Shown: positions 51,265 through 60,890, counted from the stretch's first letter. The stretch is DNA of 64,000 bases from Myxococcales bacterium (GCA_037445065.1 JBBILD010000007.1:96001-160000); one strand, 5' to 3'. Notes: generated by a model from the sequence alone, not told the origin. Translations and numbers: made by a program.

Positions 51265-53021
51265 GGGCGCACCGAAAAACCGAGCCGATGAGGGTGGCAG
51301 GTAAAGCACGGGAAGGCAAAGTGCGGCTCACCGCGGCCGTCGTTGCGGAAAAAGCGGGTGGCGCTGTGGCATACCTCGCACAACCCGGAACCTGGGCCGC
51401 TCACACTTGCAAAACTACCGTCCGCAAGGCCGCGTACGTTCTCGAAACGAAGCGGCACGAGTTCGCCGTTTGGCGCGCGCACGAAGCGAGCGAGGAGGAA
51501 CGCGTTGTCGCTCCCGTGGGGGTCATGGCACACCGCGCATTCGGAGGGCGAGCCGGCCCGTGGGTCCTGATGGGTGCGCCGCTCGCTCCCGTGACAGGTC
51601 GCGCAGCCCGTAATCGAGGCGTGGCCGGGACCGTAAGGCGTACCCTCTGCAGCCGCGTGGCAAAGGTCGCATTCGATCTCCAAATTGCCGTGGCCAAATT
51701 CTACCGCGTGCTCCGTGGTGGCGCGGTGACAAAAGGCGCAGGCGCCGAACGGACGCAGCAGAGCATCACCGTGGTTTACGCCGACGAAACTCGGCACGCC
51801 TCCTGCGTCGGGCAGGGAGCGATGCTGCGGGCCAAAGGGTCCAAGTTCCTGTTCGTGGCACAAGAGACAGCCCAGTTCGGCCGCACCGCTGTTGCGCATG
51901 GCCTCGGCCTTGTCGCTGTGGCAAAAAGCACAGGAACCAAAGACCCCTTGCTTGCCCAGTTCGTGCGCGGGGCCGAGAAAAGCGGGCACCAAGCTCGCGG
52001 GCGGGAAGGTGCGGTGGCCCCGGCCGTAGTAGCCCGGGCTAGTGGCCGCATGGCAGACCTCGCAAGTGAGCGAAGCGTGTACTGGGGAGACTGCGGACGC
52101 AATCGAACGATGGCAGAGAGCGCATTCACCAAAGGCAGCTCCTTCACGTGGTGCGTGAGGGTCCGGCTGCCGATCGGGCACCAAATCGGCTGCCGGCAAG
52201 AGGCGGTGCGCGGGGCCAAAGTCCGATGTGGACCCGAGCGGATGGCAGGTGGCACAGGACAACGCGCCTGCCGGACCGAGGAGGGCCTCGAGCGAGCGCG
52301 CCGCTCGGTTGTGGCACAATGCGCAGTCGCCCCAGCTCGCCTCTGCCTGCGGCCGGTGTGGTTCGAGAGCGGGGTCAGGAACTCGCTGCGCCCCCGGCCG
52401 GCTGGCGTGCCCGCGCCCGTACGGCATTCCGGGCACTTCGCGGTGGCAGGTGGTGCAGGCCGTCGCCGCAGTGCCGCCGAACGGCTGTGCCAGGGAAGTG
52501 GCTTGCTCCGCGTGGCACAGGGCGCATTTGCCCCAAAAGGACAGGTCCTGTAAATCGTGCGGGTCGGGTGGCGGATTGGGAACCAGGCTCGGGGCCGGCA
52601 GGCTTTGGTGGTGCGGACCGTACTCAGGAGAGAGGCGCTCGCGATGGCAGTCCGTGCATCGCAGCCCCAGGTCGCCCGTGTTCAAGCTGTTTGCCTTCTC
52701 CGCATGGCAGTACGCACAGCTCCCCATCGCCCTGAGGGCGCCTAGCTCATGACCGCTTGCGGGGAAGGCGGGGACCAAGCTGGCAGCGGGCAGGGCTCGA
52801 TGGCCGCGTCCCACAAACCCGGGCAGCCGTTGCGCATGGCAGGTGGTGCATCGGAGGTCGGCAGCGAAGGGCAACACCTGCTGGGCTTGCGTTTGGTGGC
52901 AAAAAGCGCACTCGCCGAATGCGCTCGCTTCTGCCGGCGGGCTCCCCTGGTACACGGTGCTCCCTGAGTCGCCGCATGCCGCCAGCGTACTGGCGAGCAG
53001 GAGCAAGACCGCGCGCCTCAC
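51261..53021 (-). CDS. 18-heme c-type cytochrome lipoprotein built of tandem di-heme repeats
   Basis: 18 CxxCH counted; LAAC lipobox; GTG overlaps the upstream TGA and follows an AAGGAGG RBS. Confidence 0.85.
   Translation of the reverse strand: MRRAVLLLLASTLAACGDSGSTVYQGSPPAEASAFGECAFCHQTQAQQVLPFAADLRCTTCHAQRLPGFVGRGHRALPAASLVPAFPASGHELGALRAMGSCAYCHAEKANSLNTGDLGLRCTDCHRERLSPEYGPHHQSLPAPSLVPNPPPDPHDLQDLSFWGKCALCHAEQATSLAQPFGGTAATACTTCHREVPGMPYGRGHASRPGAQRVPDPALEPHRPQAEASWGDCALCHNRAARSLEALLGPAGALSCATCHPLGSTSDFGPAHRLLPAADLVPDRQPDPHAPREGAAFGECALCHRSIASAVSPVHASLTCEVCHAATSPGYYGRGHRTFPPASLVPAFLGPAHELGKQGVFGSCAFCHSDKAEAMRNSGAAELGCLLCHEQELGPFGPQHRSLPDAGGVPSFVGVNHGDALLRPFGACAFCHRATTEHAVEFGHGNLEIECDLCHAAAEGTPYGPGHASITGCATCHGSERRTHQDPRAGSPSECAVCHDPHGSDNAFLLARFVRAPNGELVPLRFENVRGLADGSFASVSGPGSGLCEVCHSATRFFRNDGRGEPHFAFPCFTCHPHRLGFSVRP
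51620..52920 (-). repeat. Seven ~65-aa intragenic di-heme repeats
   Basis: Consensus (F/W/M)GxCA(F/Y/L)CH-x15-18-CxxCH-x7-8-G(P/R)xH-x3-P-x4-VP-x6-H; last unit truncated. Confidence 0.8.
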
Positions 53022-53608
53022 TTTGGCGCCCTCCTTTGTACCTGGCGGTGACAGGCTACGCACAGCTCATCCTCAGCGAGGGGAAGGCGCAGGAAGGCTG
53101 TGTTTTGCGGGGCGAAAGAAAACTCCGCGCTGCTGCCCTCTCGAGTCAAATCCTGGCAGCGCGCAAGGGTGGCGCGGCGGATCGCCAACGCGACAGAGTG
53201 ACTCGGCAGTGGGCGCACTGGCGCGAGGATTTCTTCGGCGATGCGGGGATCGTGAAAGAGGTGGCAAGTGCCGCAGTACATGCGGCCGTCTTCGGCAAGG
53301 GGAAGGTTTTGCTGCGCCTCTTCTGGCTCCACTCTTGGCGGCAACAGAGCGGCGACCCGTTCTGGACTGAGCTCCAGGTGTTCTGCAGACCCGCTGTGCA
53401 GCGTGCGGTCGTGGCAGCTCAAGCAGGTCTCTTCTTTCGAGGTTAGAAGATCCATGTCTTCGTTGTGGCAGAGGGCGCACTTTTCCTCGTCTGGCTCGCC
53501 ATCGGCGCGCAGCATCCAGTGCGGATTGTCCTCGTCCTCCGCACGCATCTCTGCGGCCCACAGTCCCGGAACGAGCAAAAGCAGCAAAACCACGGCACGC
53601 AGATGCAT
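53018..53608 (-). CDS. Periplasmic tetraheme cytochrome c
   Basis: Signal peptide; CALCH, CLSCH, CGTCH, CVACH; LPL...CxTCH..H...FLR...LCxxCH pattern. Confidence 0.82.
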   Translation of the reverse strand: MHLRAVVLLLLLVPGLWAAEMRAEDEDNPHWMLRADGEPDEEKCALCHNEDMDLLTSKEETCLSCHDRTLHSGSAEHLELSPERVAALLPPRVEPEEAQQNLPLAEDGRMYCGTCHLFHDPRIAEEILAPVRPLPSHSVALAIRRATLARCQDLTREGSSAEFSFAPQNTAFLRLPLAEDELCVACHRQVQRRAPK

Positions 53609-53931
53609 CACGGCCCCACTCCGTTGCTGCCGTGGCAAGCGGCACAACTTGCCTCTCCTTGGTTGCGCACCAGCGCCCGGATTTCGGTGAGGTCGAGGTC
53701 GGGAATCCCGGTGCGATTGACGAGATGGAGGTTGCGTTGCGGGTGGCAAAAAAAGCAGTCCTGGCGCCCCCACCCGCTCGGATGTTCCTCTTGCACGAGT
53801 TCCAGCCCTGCAGGAGAGGCGAGCAGGTTCCCGTAATCCTCACCTTTCGGACCGGCGCTCTCCCCGCAGGCGAACAGCCAAAGAGAGAGGCACAGAACGC
53901 CACCAAGGTACCAGAACCGCCGTGCTACCAC
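53608..53931 (-). CDS. Small diheme cytochrome c lipoprotein
   Basis: LFAC lipobox; HPSGWGRQDCFFCH, CAACH. Confidence 0.75.
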   Translation of the reverse strand: MVARRFWYLGGVLCLSLWLFACGESAGPKGEDYGNLLASPAGLELVQEEHPSGWGRQDCFFCHPQRNLHLVNRTGIPDLDLTEIRALVRNQGEASCAACHGSNGVGP

Positions 53932-54572
53932 GCTCCCTCCACTCCAGCCTGCTCGTGGCAAGCAATGCAGTAGTCCGCCCGGTGGCAGGAGCCACACTCG
54001 GCCGGGTTCGCGCGCGCTTCCACGGAATGGAAGAAGCGGAAGCTGCGCTCGTGCACCTGCGTGTCGATCGTGTCGCGTCGCGCGTGGCAATTCACGCACT
54101 CTTGCTGGCGGTGGCAATCTTCGCAGCTGGCACTGTCCGTACGGGCAATCATGGCGTGGGCGCGCACCCAGCCAGCGTGGTGGTCTTCGGGCAGCAACGG
54201 CCACAGATTCCGATGGCAAACGAGGCAGCGGCTGGGGGCGTTTGCTACCCGCTCTATCCCGGGCAAGTGGCAAGTGTGGCAGGCTTCGGCGCCTGGGCGC
54301 AGGGCAAGGGTGGATAGCGATCGCGCGAGGTCGCTGTCCTCGCTTTCGATGCGCAGGGAGAACTGGTGGCAGTCAACGCAGGCTACACCTTGCTCCGCAA
54401 AGGTCTTGCGGTGGCCGGCGTGGTCGAAGCTGCGCCTCGCTTCCGCCGTGCTCGGGTTACGCAGCGGGGAGTGGCGAGGCTGGAGCCAGGCGTTCGCCGG
54501 GAGCACCTCGCGGCAGGCAGCGAGCACCGTACAAAGCACCATGGCCGTCCCGATCCTCGCGACGTGTTTCAC
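53925..54572 (-). CDS. Heptaheme cytochrome c lipoprotein (c3/c7-like N-terminus)
   Basis: LAAC lipobox; FDHAGH; CVDCH, CHTCH, CLVCH, CEDCH, CVNCH, CGSCH, CIACH. Confidence 0.82.
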   Translation of the reverse strand: MKHVARIGTAMVLCTVLAACREVLPANAWLQPRHSPLRNPSTAEARRSFDHAGHRKTFAEQGVACVDCHQFSLRIESEDSDLARSLSTLALRPGAEACHTCHLPGIERVANAPSRCLVCHRNLWPLLPEDHHAGWVRAHAMIARTDSASCEDCHRQQECVNCHARRDTIDTQVHERSFRFFHSVEARANPAECGSCHRADYCIACHEQAGVEGAW

Positions 54573-55999
54573 CCAGCCCAACCTCCCCGCAACCGCTCCA
54601 TTTCCGGAAACACTCCACCCCATCCCTCTTCGGGCAGATACCGCCAGCGGTAGGCCAAATACAAACCGACACGGAATTCGTGATCGAAGCGGGGATTGTG
54701 ATTTGCCTCTAGGTGAAATTCGGCGAGCAGGTTTGGGCGCAGCAGGTAGCCGATGCCGAGACGTCCACTGGTCGCTGTGTCGCTGCGGTTGGTCACCTTG
54801 TCGAAGGTGGCGGCTTCCAACTTGGTGCGAAACACGAACCGCTCGTACACCCGGTTCTCGTGATACACTCGCCAGTGATGCCCCCGCCCGCCGGGGCCAT
54901 CGATCAGGCTGTATTCTGCCCGCACTCGTTCGAGCCCGTCTCCCCCGGGCAGCCAGAGGAGCCCGACGCTCGCCAGGTAACCGGTCTCCGTCGCGCCGGG
55001 GCGTGGTTCGTATTGCTGGAGCCCAGCGTCGGCATACGCGGACCAATGGCGGCCGTGATAGTACTGGAGCCCGCCGCGCACCTGCCGCAAGCTACTTGCT
55101 GAGAAGAGAGAGAAGATCGGGTCTGCGTAGCGCTCGAGCTGCGAGAGTCGCAGCGCCGGTGCAGAACGCTGCTCGGGCTTGTAGTAAGCGGCTTCCATCC
55201 TGGCGAACAGACGCGGATGGAGCAAAAACGAGGCGCCAGCGTTGAGGCGCTCGACATTGCGCTCGGCGGTGTCGTAGGAGGCTAGCCAATACAGGTCGGG
55301 ACGAATGCGCAGGCCCACAAACTGGTGGCGGAAACGAAGCTGGGAGAGCTGGCGGATGCGGTGCGCTTCGCGTTCGAGCTGCACGAAGCTGAACCCCACG
55401 ATTCCGCTCCGTCCAATGCGGTAGTGCGTGCTGGCACCGAAAAACTGCTCGTCGCGCGACAGCGAGCCCAGGCGTGGTTGTGGTTCGAAGTACCGAGGCT
55501 GTCCTCCGAAGACCGAAACTGCCCAGCCCACTCCGCGGTCGAAGGTGAGACGTCCAGCATCTGCCACCCAAAACCCGACACCTGCCGTCTCGATTGCCTG
55601 GCGGCCCAAGGAGAACTGCAGGCCGCGCAGGCCCAACTCGGCCCGACCGAGATAGAAGTCCGCATCCGTGTTGGCGCGGCTCCAGTCTCGCTCGGCCCGG
55701 AAGTACGTTTCGCCGCCTGTGTCATGATGGATTCGATCTGCAGCGAGCGCTCCGTAAAGGTTGGTCGGGCTCTCGGCGCGGGTGCCGATGTCCACATCGC
55801 GGACCTGGCCGAGCAGCTCGGCGCTACCCTCCCACTGGGCTGCGTACGCGCCTGTTCTCCCGCTAACAAGCGACCATAGGGCAAGCGGCAGGGCGGCGAT
55901 GCCAATGACAGAGCGAATCCGGTGGCGGGCGGTAGAGAAGTGCGGGCCGCGCCAGCCTGGTGACAAGCGCAGCCCGCGCCACTTAGAACTGCCGCGCAT
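54569..55999 (-). CDS. Putative outer-membrane beta-barrel (porin of a porin-cytochrome conduit); start uncertain
   Basis: Signal peptide ending AYA; alternating amphipathic strands (FSLGRQ, RLGIGYLL, FRVGLYLAYRW); no heme motifs; embedded among cytochrome genes. Confidence 0.7.
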   Translation of the reverse strand: MRGSSKWRGLRLSPGWRGPHFSTARHRIRSVIGIAALPLALWSLVSGRTGAYAAQWEGSAELLGQVRDVDIGTRAESPTNLYGALAADRIHHDTGGETYFRAERDWSRANTDADFYLGRAELGLRGLQFSLGRQAIETAGVGFWVADAGRLTFDRGVGWAVSVFGGQPRYFEPQPRLGSLSRDEQFFGASTHYRIGRSGIVGFSFVQLEREAHRIRQLSQLRFRHQFVGLRIRPDLYWLASYDTAERNVERLNAGASFLLHPRLFARMEAAYYKPEQRSAPALRLSQLERYADPIFSLFSASSLRQVRGGLQYYHGRHWSAYADAGLQQYEPRPGATETGYLASVGLLWLPGGDGLERVRAEYSLIDGPGGRGHHWRVYHENRVYERFVFRTKLEAATFDKVTNRSDTATSGRLGIGYLLRPNLLAEFHLEANHNPRFDHEFRVGLYLAYRWRYLPEEGWGGVFPEMERLRGGWAG

Positions 56000-58427
56000 G
56001 AACAGCCGATACCGGGAATGAGCGGCCCTCGGCGTGGCAAACCAGGCAAGCCTCCACACCGGTTGTGGTGGTCTGTGTATCGGCATGCGCTTGCGACGCG
56101 GTGGCGTCGTGGCACGAGGTGCAGGCTGCGGTGATGGGACCAATGCGCCCGCCTTCCACCTCGTTGCCCGTGGTGGGATCGAGATGGGCGCGCCGCGTCC
56201 CGAGCGCGGTGCCGGGGAAAGGCGGCAGGGTGTAGGTGCCGGGCAAGTGGCAAGTGCGGCAGTTGCGCCGATCGCCCGGGAACAAGACTTCCGAGAAATC
56301 GAAGCGAGTGAAGTTCTGTGGCGGCGGGCCGAAGCCATACACGACGTACGGCTTTTGGTGGAGTTCTTCGCCGGTGTGGATTTTGTGGATGAGCACCTTG
56401 AAGTCGATGGTGGCGGTTTCTTCGCTAGCGGCCACGGCCGCGGGGTCGCGGCGGCGCCGTGCGGCGTCCGACTGGTTCGGGTTGTGGCAAACGACACAGG
56501 CCTCCAGCGTATTGCGCAGGTTGCCGTGCACGCTGAAGTCCACGGAGAATTGTCCGTGGCATGAGGCACATTGCTCGTCGCCCACGACCTCTCGCCGTGC
56601 TACCGGGGCTGAGCCATCCACAGTAAACGTCACGAGCGTATTCGGGGCTGCTTCCTGGACCACCTTGGGTTGAATCGGATCCACCGCGCTCAAGGTGACT
56701 TGCCGCCGGGCTTCGCTCACCACCGCCCATGTGCCGGTGGCCGAGGCGGGAATCGAGAACGGCACGGAGTAGCGGAACGTCCCGGACGCATCCGGACCTT
56801 CCACGGTCCCACTCGCGCCGCCGCCTGCGGCAGTGGCCACGAGCATCTCGGTGTAGTCGGTGGTGGGGCCACTGAACGTGAAGGCCAGCCGATTGAGAGA
56901 GGCGAGGCTTTGTAAGGGCGTCCCGGCCTGGTCGGTGACGCGGAAGGAAACAATGGGCGACTCGCCAGCGTTGTGGTTTTCGAGGCCGGTGATTTCGACA
57001 CGGAGGCCGTTCAACTGACGAGAACGCCCCGGCACTACGTGGGCCCCGGCAACCGACACGTCGAACTCTCTACCCGAGTCCGGTTCGTGGCAAAAGCCGC
57101 AATCGCCGTCTTCGAAGCCGCGCGCCTGGAAATGGTTGTGACCCGGTGGGCCCGCATCGCTGGCGCTGGAAGAGGGATTGACGTCATCGTGGCAGGCAAC
57201 ACAGGCTGCCGTGCTGGGGCGAGTGCGGTGGTAGTCCGCGGTGGGACCTTCGGCATGACAGACGGCGCAGTTCTCGATGGCTCGCGGAAAGCCCACGCCG
57301 GTGATCCGGCCGTCTTGTTCCTTGCGCGCAAACACGATGTCTTGACGCAGGAAACTGCTGTAAATCGCGTAGCTCGAACCAGGAGCACCGTTAACGATCG
57401 AAGGCAGTTCCTTTCCCCGGTGGATTTTGTGCACCATCACTCCGAGGTCCACGCTGCGGCCGCGCTCGTCAGTTGCCTCTTGGGTGTGGCAAACGGTACA
57501 GAGACGGAGTTCGCGGCGGTTACCGTGAGCCACCAGGGGATCATGGCACGCGTTGCATTGCGACGTGGTAGACCCGGCTCGGATCACCGGTGGAGAGCCG
57601 TCAGGAACGAAGTCGAACACCGGGTTTGCGGCCCGTTGTACGCCGTCGAGGAGGCGGTCCACCTGCATGCCGACGCTGTAAGTGGCGCCGCTGTTCACAG
57701 GAGCGAAGGTCTTGCGGAAGGTGTACTGGTAAAGCCCGCGAGCAGCGTCAATGGTGGCAAGCGAGCCGCCGGAGTCGTAAGCCGGGCGCGTGCGGTTGAT
57801 CTCGTTCACGTAGCGGGTGAAACGCTGGTGAAACTCGCCGCCACCATCGTATTCTTCGACCCGCGCGAGCGTGAAGCGTACCCGCGCGAGAGACGGATCC
57901 TGGGTCGCAGACAGCACCGGGGTGAGCGGAGCTCCCTGGTCGTCTGTGAGGGTGAACAGCACGCGAAGACTGCCGGCTTCGTCGAAATTCGCAGCGACCA
58001 CGGCGGCCTTGACCCCGGATCCAACCGGCGTCGGCATTGGTGGCAAGGTTGGCGAGGGAAGCGTTGGCGTCGCAGTGGCGGTGGGTGGCGGTGCGGTCGG
58101 GGTTTCCGTCGCAGTCAGAGTCGGCTCTGTTTCCGGGGTGGTCGGCAACGGGGTTGCCGGGCAGCCCGTGAGGGCCTGATTCACGAGCACAATGAGTTCG
58201 TCAACCGTGATGTTTCCGTCGCCGTTGAGATCGGTGCTGGGGCAGCACGTGCTGGGGGGCAGCTCCTGAAGCGACACGTTCACGGCGCACAGGACTTCGT
58301 CTACCGTCACCGAGCCGTCCTCGTTGCAGTCCCCGGGGCATTGTGCCCGCGCGCTGGCACCCGCGATCAGCGCGGCAAACGCCAGCAGTCCAGTGAGCAT
58401 AGAGCAGCGAAGCAAATAGTTTCTCAT
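55983..58427 (-). CDS. OmcA/MtrC-family decaheme cytochrome with N-terminal dockerin-like domain
   Basis: 10 CxxCH in two blocks of five, each after a beta-sandwich domain; HKIHRG and HKIHTG motifs; CPGDCNEDGSVTVDEV + PT linker. Confidence 0.88.
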   Translation of the reverse strand: MRNYLLRCSMLTGLLAFAALIAGASARAQCPGDCNEDGSVTVDEVLCAVNVSLQELPPSTCCPSTDLNGDGNITVDELIVLVNQALTGCPATPLPTTPETEPTLTATETPTAPPPTATATPTLPSPTLPPMPTPVGSGVKAAVVAANFDEAGSLRVLFTLTDDQGAPLTPVLSATQDPSLARVRFTLARVEEYDGGGEFHQRFTRYVNEINRTRPAYDSGGSLATIDAARGLYQYTFRKTFAPVNSGATYSVGMQVDRLLDGVQRAANPVFDFVPDGSPPVIRAGSTTSQCNACHDPLVAHGNRRELRLCTVCHTQEATDERGRSVDLGVMVHKIHRGKELPSIVNGAPGSSYAIYSSFLRQDIVFARKEQDGRITGVGFPRAIENCAVCHAEGPTADYHRTRPSTAACVACHDDVNPSSSASDAGPPGHNHFQARGFEDGDCGFCHEPDSGREFDVSVAGAHVVPGRSRQLNGLRVEITGLENHNAGESPIVSFRVTDQAGTPLQSLASLNRLAFTFSGPTTDYTEMLVATAAGGGASGTVEGPDASGTFRYSVPFSIPASATGTWAVVSEARRQVTLSAVDPIQPKVVQEAAPNTLVTFTVDGSAPVARREVVGDEQCASCHGQFSVDFSVHGNLRNTLEACVVCHNPNQSDAARRRRDPAAVAASEETATIDFKVLIHKIHTGEELHQKPYVVYGFGPPPQNFTRFDFSEVLFPGDRRNCRTCHLPGTYTLPPFPGTALGTRRAHLDPTTGNEVEGGRIGPITAACTSCHDATASQAHADTQTTTTGVEACLVCHAEGRSFPVSAVHARQF

Positions 58428-58621
58428 CTCCGACCCCCTTCGTTTGGCATCGCTTCATCGCAGGGCGCGCCTTTTGTTCCCTTGCCCACGACCCGAGTAT
58501 CCTCCGGTGTGTGACTCATGCCTTGAGCTTCCACAACCAGGAAAACTTGTGAAGCGGTGTACTGTATTTCTTCTCTTTCGATGTTCAGAACACCTTGGAA
58601 TTCTGGTAAGCAGCGCGTGTG

Positions 58622-60811
58622 ATGAGGAGCGGGGCTTGGGTCGTTGCGCTAGCCTCGGTGGCCTTGCTCTGGGCGGTACCGAGCCACGCCTTGCGTTGCG
58701 CAGGGGACTGCGACGGGGATGGTGCGGTGACAGTCGAGGAGCTGGTCACGGCTGTGGCGATTGCCCTGGGCGAGCAGTCCGGAAGCAGGTGCCTGGCGGT
58801 GGACGGCAATGGCGACGAGCAGGTGACCGTGGACGAGATCGTGCGCGCGGTGCGCGTTGCGCTCGAGGGATGCCCGCAACCGATTGTGTACTACGACCGA
58901 GACGACCCGCGCCGCACGAACCCCTTCCCGGATGACTTTTGGCTGGTCGAGGACGCAGCGCAGCGCACCGGCGTACGACTGAATGTGGCAGCGCCGCCGG
59001 CACCGTCGGATGTAAGCGGCATCTTGCGCCTCCTCTTGCGGGAGACCAACCGCTTGGACGGCTTCAGCCCGATCGCTCACTTCGTGCTGGAGCTGAGCGA
59101 AGCCCCTGATCCGCGCAGCTTGCCCCTCACACCGGCGGAGTCGCTCGAGCGGGGGGCGAGCGTGGGTCTGTTCGACCTCACACCGGGGAGCACGAACTTT
59201 GGCTCGCGAGTGCCCGTGCGCGTGCTGGTGCGCGACGATACGAGCGTGCTCGGAGTGCGCACCCATAGCTTGTTGATTTTTCCATCCATCTCGCTCACTC
59301 CGCGCGGCCGTTACGGACTAGTCGTCTCGACGCGTTTGCGCACGCTGGGGGGCGAGCGGTTTGGCCCCTCCCCGTTTTTCCGGCGTGCGCTGAGCGCTCC
59401 GGTCAGCGGGGAAAGTGCAGCGGTGCAAAAAGTTCGGGCGTTGAGTAGCGAGGTGCTGTCGGCGGTGGGGGACTTCGAGCCGGAGGTACGCGACGATGCG
59501 ATTCTCGCTGTGCGCATTTCGGTGCGCAGCGTGGACGATTTGCCGCGCGACCTGCTCGCCATCAAGGAGCAGGTGCTGGCGGCGCCGCCTCCATCCTTCG
59601 AGGTCCAGAGTGTTCAGGCAGAAACCAATCCTTTGAGCCCGGTGGCAGCGGTGGTGCGAGGAGTATGGAACGCCCCCGATTGGCGGGACGGCTTGTACTT
59701 GAGCCGCGACAGCAACGGCACGCCGCGGGTCACAAAGACCAATCGCGTGCCGTTCGTGCTGGCGCTGCCGCGAACCAGTTTGTTCTCCCCCGTCCCAGTC
59801 ACGATGTACCAGCATGGCAACCCAGGAAGTGCGGAACGCGAGGTTCCGGGTGAGGCGCGGGAGTATCTGGCGGAAGCTGGGTTCGCGGTGGCCGGGTTTA
59901 CCGACAACTTGAACCGCGAAGTCAGCGCCGGCATTTCCAACTCGGAAGAAGCGATTGCGCGCCAAGTGACTGCGGTATTTTTCGCCTTGGTGCAGGATCG
60001 CCGCATCCCGGACTACTGGACCGAGCTGAATGGCGAGCAAATCGCCTTCGTGCGGCTGTTGCAGAGCATGGGCTCCCTCGACGTCCTGCCCGTAGGAGAG
60101 CCCGACGGAGTGCCCGAATTGGATACCGGGGCGCCACTCACGTATGTCGGGATCAGCCAAGGTGCCAATTATGCGCCCGGCCTGCTGCCATACGCGCCCG
60201 AGATCAAGGCGGCGGCACTGGTGGTCGGCGGAGCGCGGTTGATGGAGACCTTGATTCACCAGCGCCCCGACGACTTCGTTCGCTTGCTGGGACAAGTGTT
60301 TCCAAACATGACTGCCGCCGACATTTGGATGGGCCTGTCGCTCTTCCAGCACAATTTCGACCGCCAGGACCAGCACAACCACGCCCGCTTCCTGTACCGC
60401 GAGCCGCTCGCCATCAACGGGATCACCCCTAAGGCGAGTATTCTTCTCATCGAGGGTCTGGAGGATTCCCTCGTACCGAACCACGCAACCGACGCGCTGG
60501 CTTGGCTGATGGGACCGTTACCGCACTTGCGACCGATTGCGCGTCCTGTTCCGTTTCTCGCCGCTGCGGACCCACCCATTCGCGGTAACGTAGACGAGGC
60601 GACTACGGCCGCGTTTTTCCAGTACGTACCGGCAGGGGTCCCTGGGCTGCCGCCCACACCTGGTTGCGCGGTGCTTGCCCCGACAGTGGGCTCCGAAGGC
60701 CACTATTGTGCACAAGCGGCACCCGAGTCGCGGCGGCAGCGCTCGATTTTCTTGCGCTCTGCGCTGCTGCCGGGAGCGCCGGAGATCGTGGATCCGTTCG
60801 CACTTCCTTGA
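58622..60811 (+). CDS. Secreted dockerin-like + alpha/beta-hydrolase (lipase-like) protein
   Basis: Signal peptide; CAGDCDGDGAVTVEELV; PFPDDF...LDGFSP; YQHG; GISQG nucleophile elbow; DSLVPN; EGH. Confidence 0.72.
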   Translation: MRSGAWVVALASVALLWAVPSHALRCAGDCDGDGAVTVEELVTAVAIALGEQSGSRCLAVDGNGDEQVTVDEIVRAVRVALEGCPQPIVYYDRDDPRRTNPFPDDFWLVEDAAQRTGVRLNVAAPPAPSDVSGILRLLLRETNRLDGFSPIAHFVLELSEAPDPRSLPLTPAESLERGASVGLFDLTPGSTNFGSRVPVRVLVRDDTSVLGVRTHSLLIFPSISLTPRGRYGLVVSTRLRTLGGERFGPSPFFRRALSAPVSGESAAVQKVRALSSEVLSAVGDFEPEVRDDAILAVRISVRSVDDLPRDLLAIKEQVLAAPPPSFEVQSVQAETNPLSPVAAVVRGVWNAPDWRDGLYLSRDSNGTPRVTKTNRVPFVLALPRTSLFSPVPVTMYQHGNPGSAEREVPGEAREYLAEAGFAVAGFTDNLNREVSAGISNSEEAIARQVTAVFFALVQDRRIPDYWTELNGEQIAFVRLLQSMGSLDVLPVGEPDGVPELDTGAPLTYVGISQGANYAPGLLPYAPEIKAAALVVGGARLMETLIHQRPDDFVRLLGQVFPNMTAADIWMGLSLFQHNFDRQDQHNHARFLYREPLAINGITPKASILLIEGLEDSLVPNHATDALAWLMGPLPHLRPIARPVPFLAAADPPIRGNVDEATTAAFFQYVPAGVPGLPPTPGCAVLAPTVGSEGHYCAQAAPESRRQRSIFLRSALLPGAPEIVDPFALP

Positions 60812-60853
60812 CGGGCTTCTCCGAACGGCACGGAGGGGTTCTAGAGAATGCTT

Positions 60854-60890
60854 GCCCGGGGCTCTCCCACGGCGGGGAGAAGCCCCGGGC
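60854..60890. terminator. Strong hairpin between convergent genes
   Basis: GCCCGGGGCTCTCCC / GGGAGA-AGCCCCGGGC stem. Confidence 0.55.

Noticed and set aside
54569..55999. Naming the barrel mtrB and the heptaheme protein mtrA
   Set aside because: The barrel is much shorter than MtrB, and the cytochrome has 7 rather than 10 hemes and carries a lipobox
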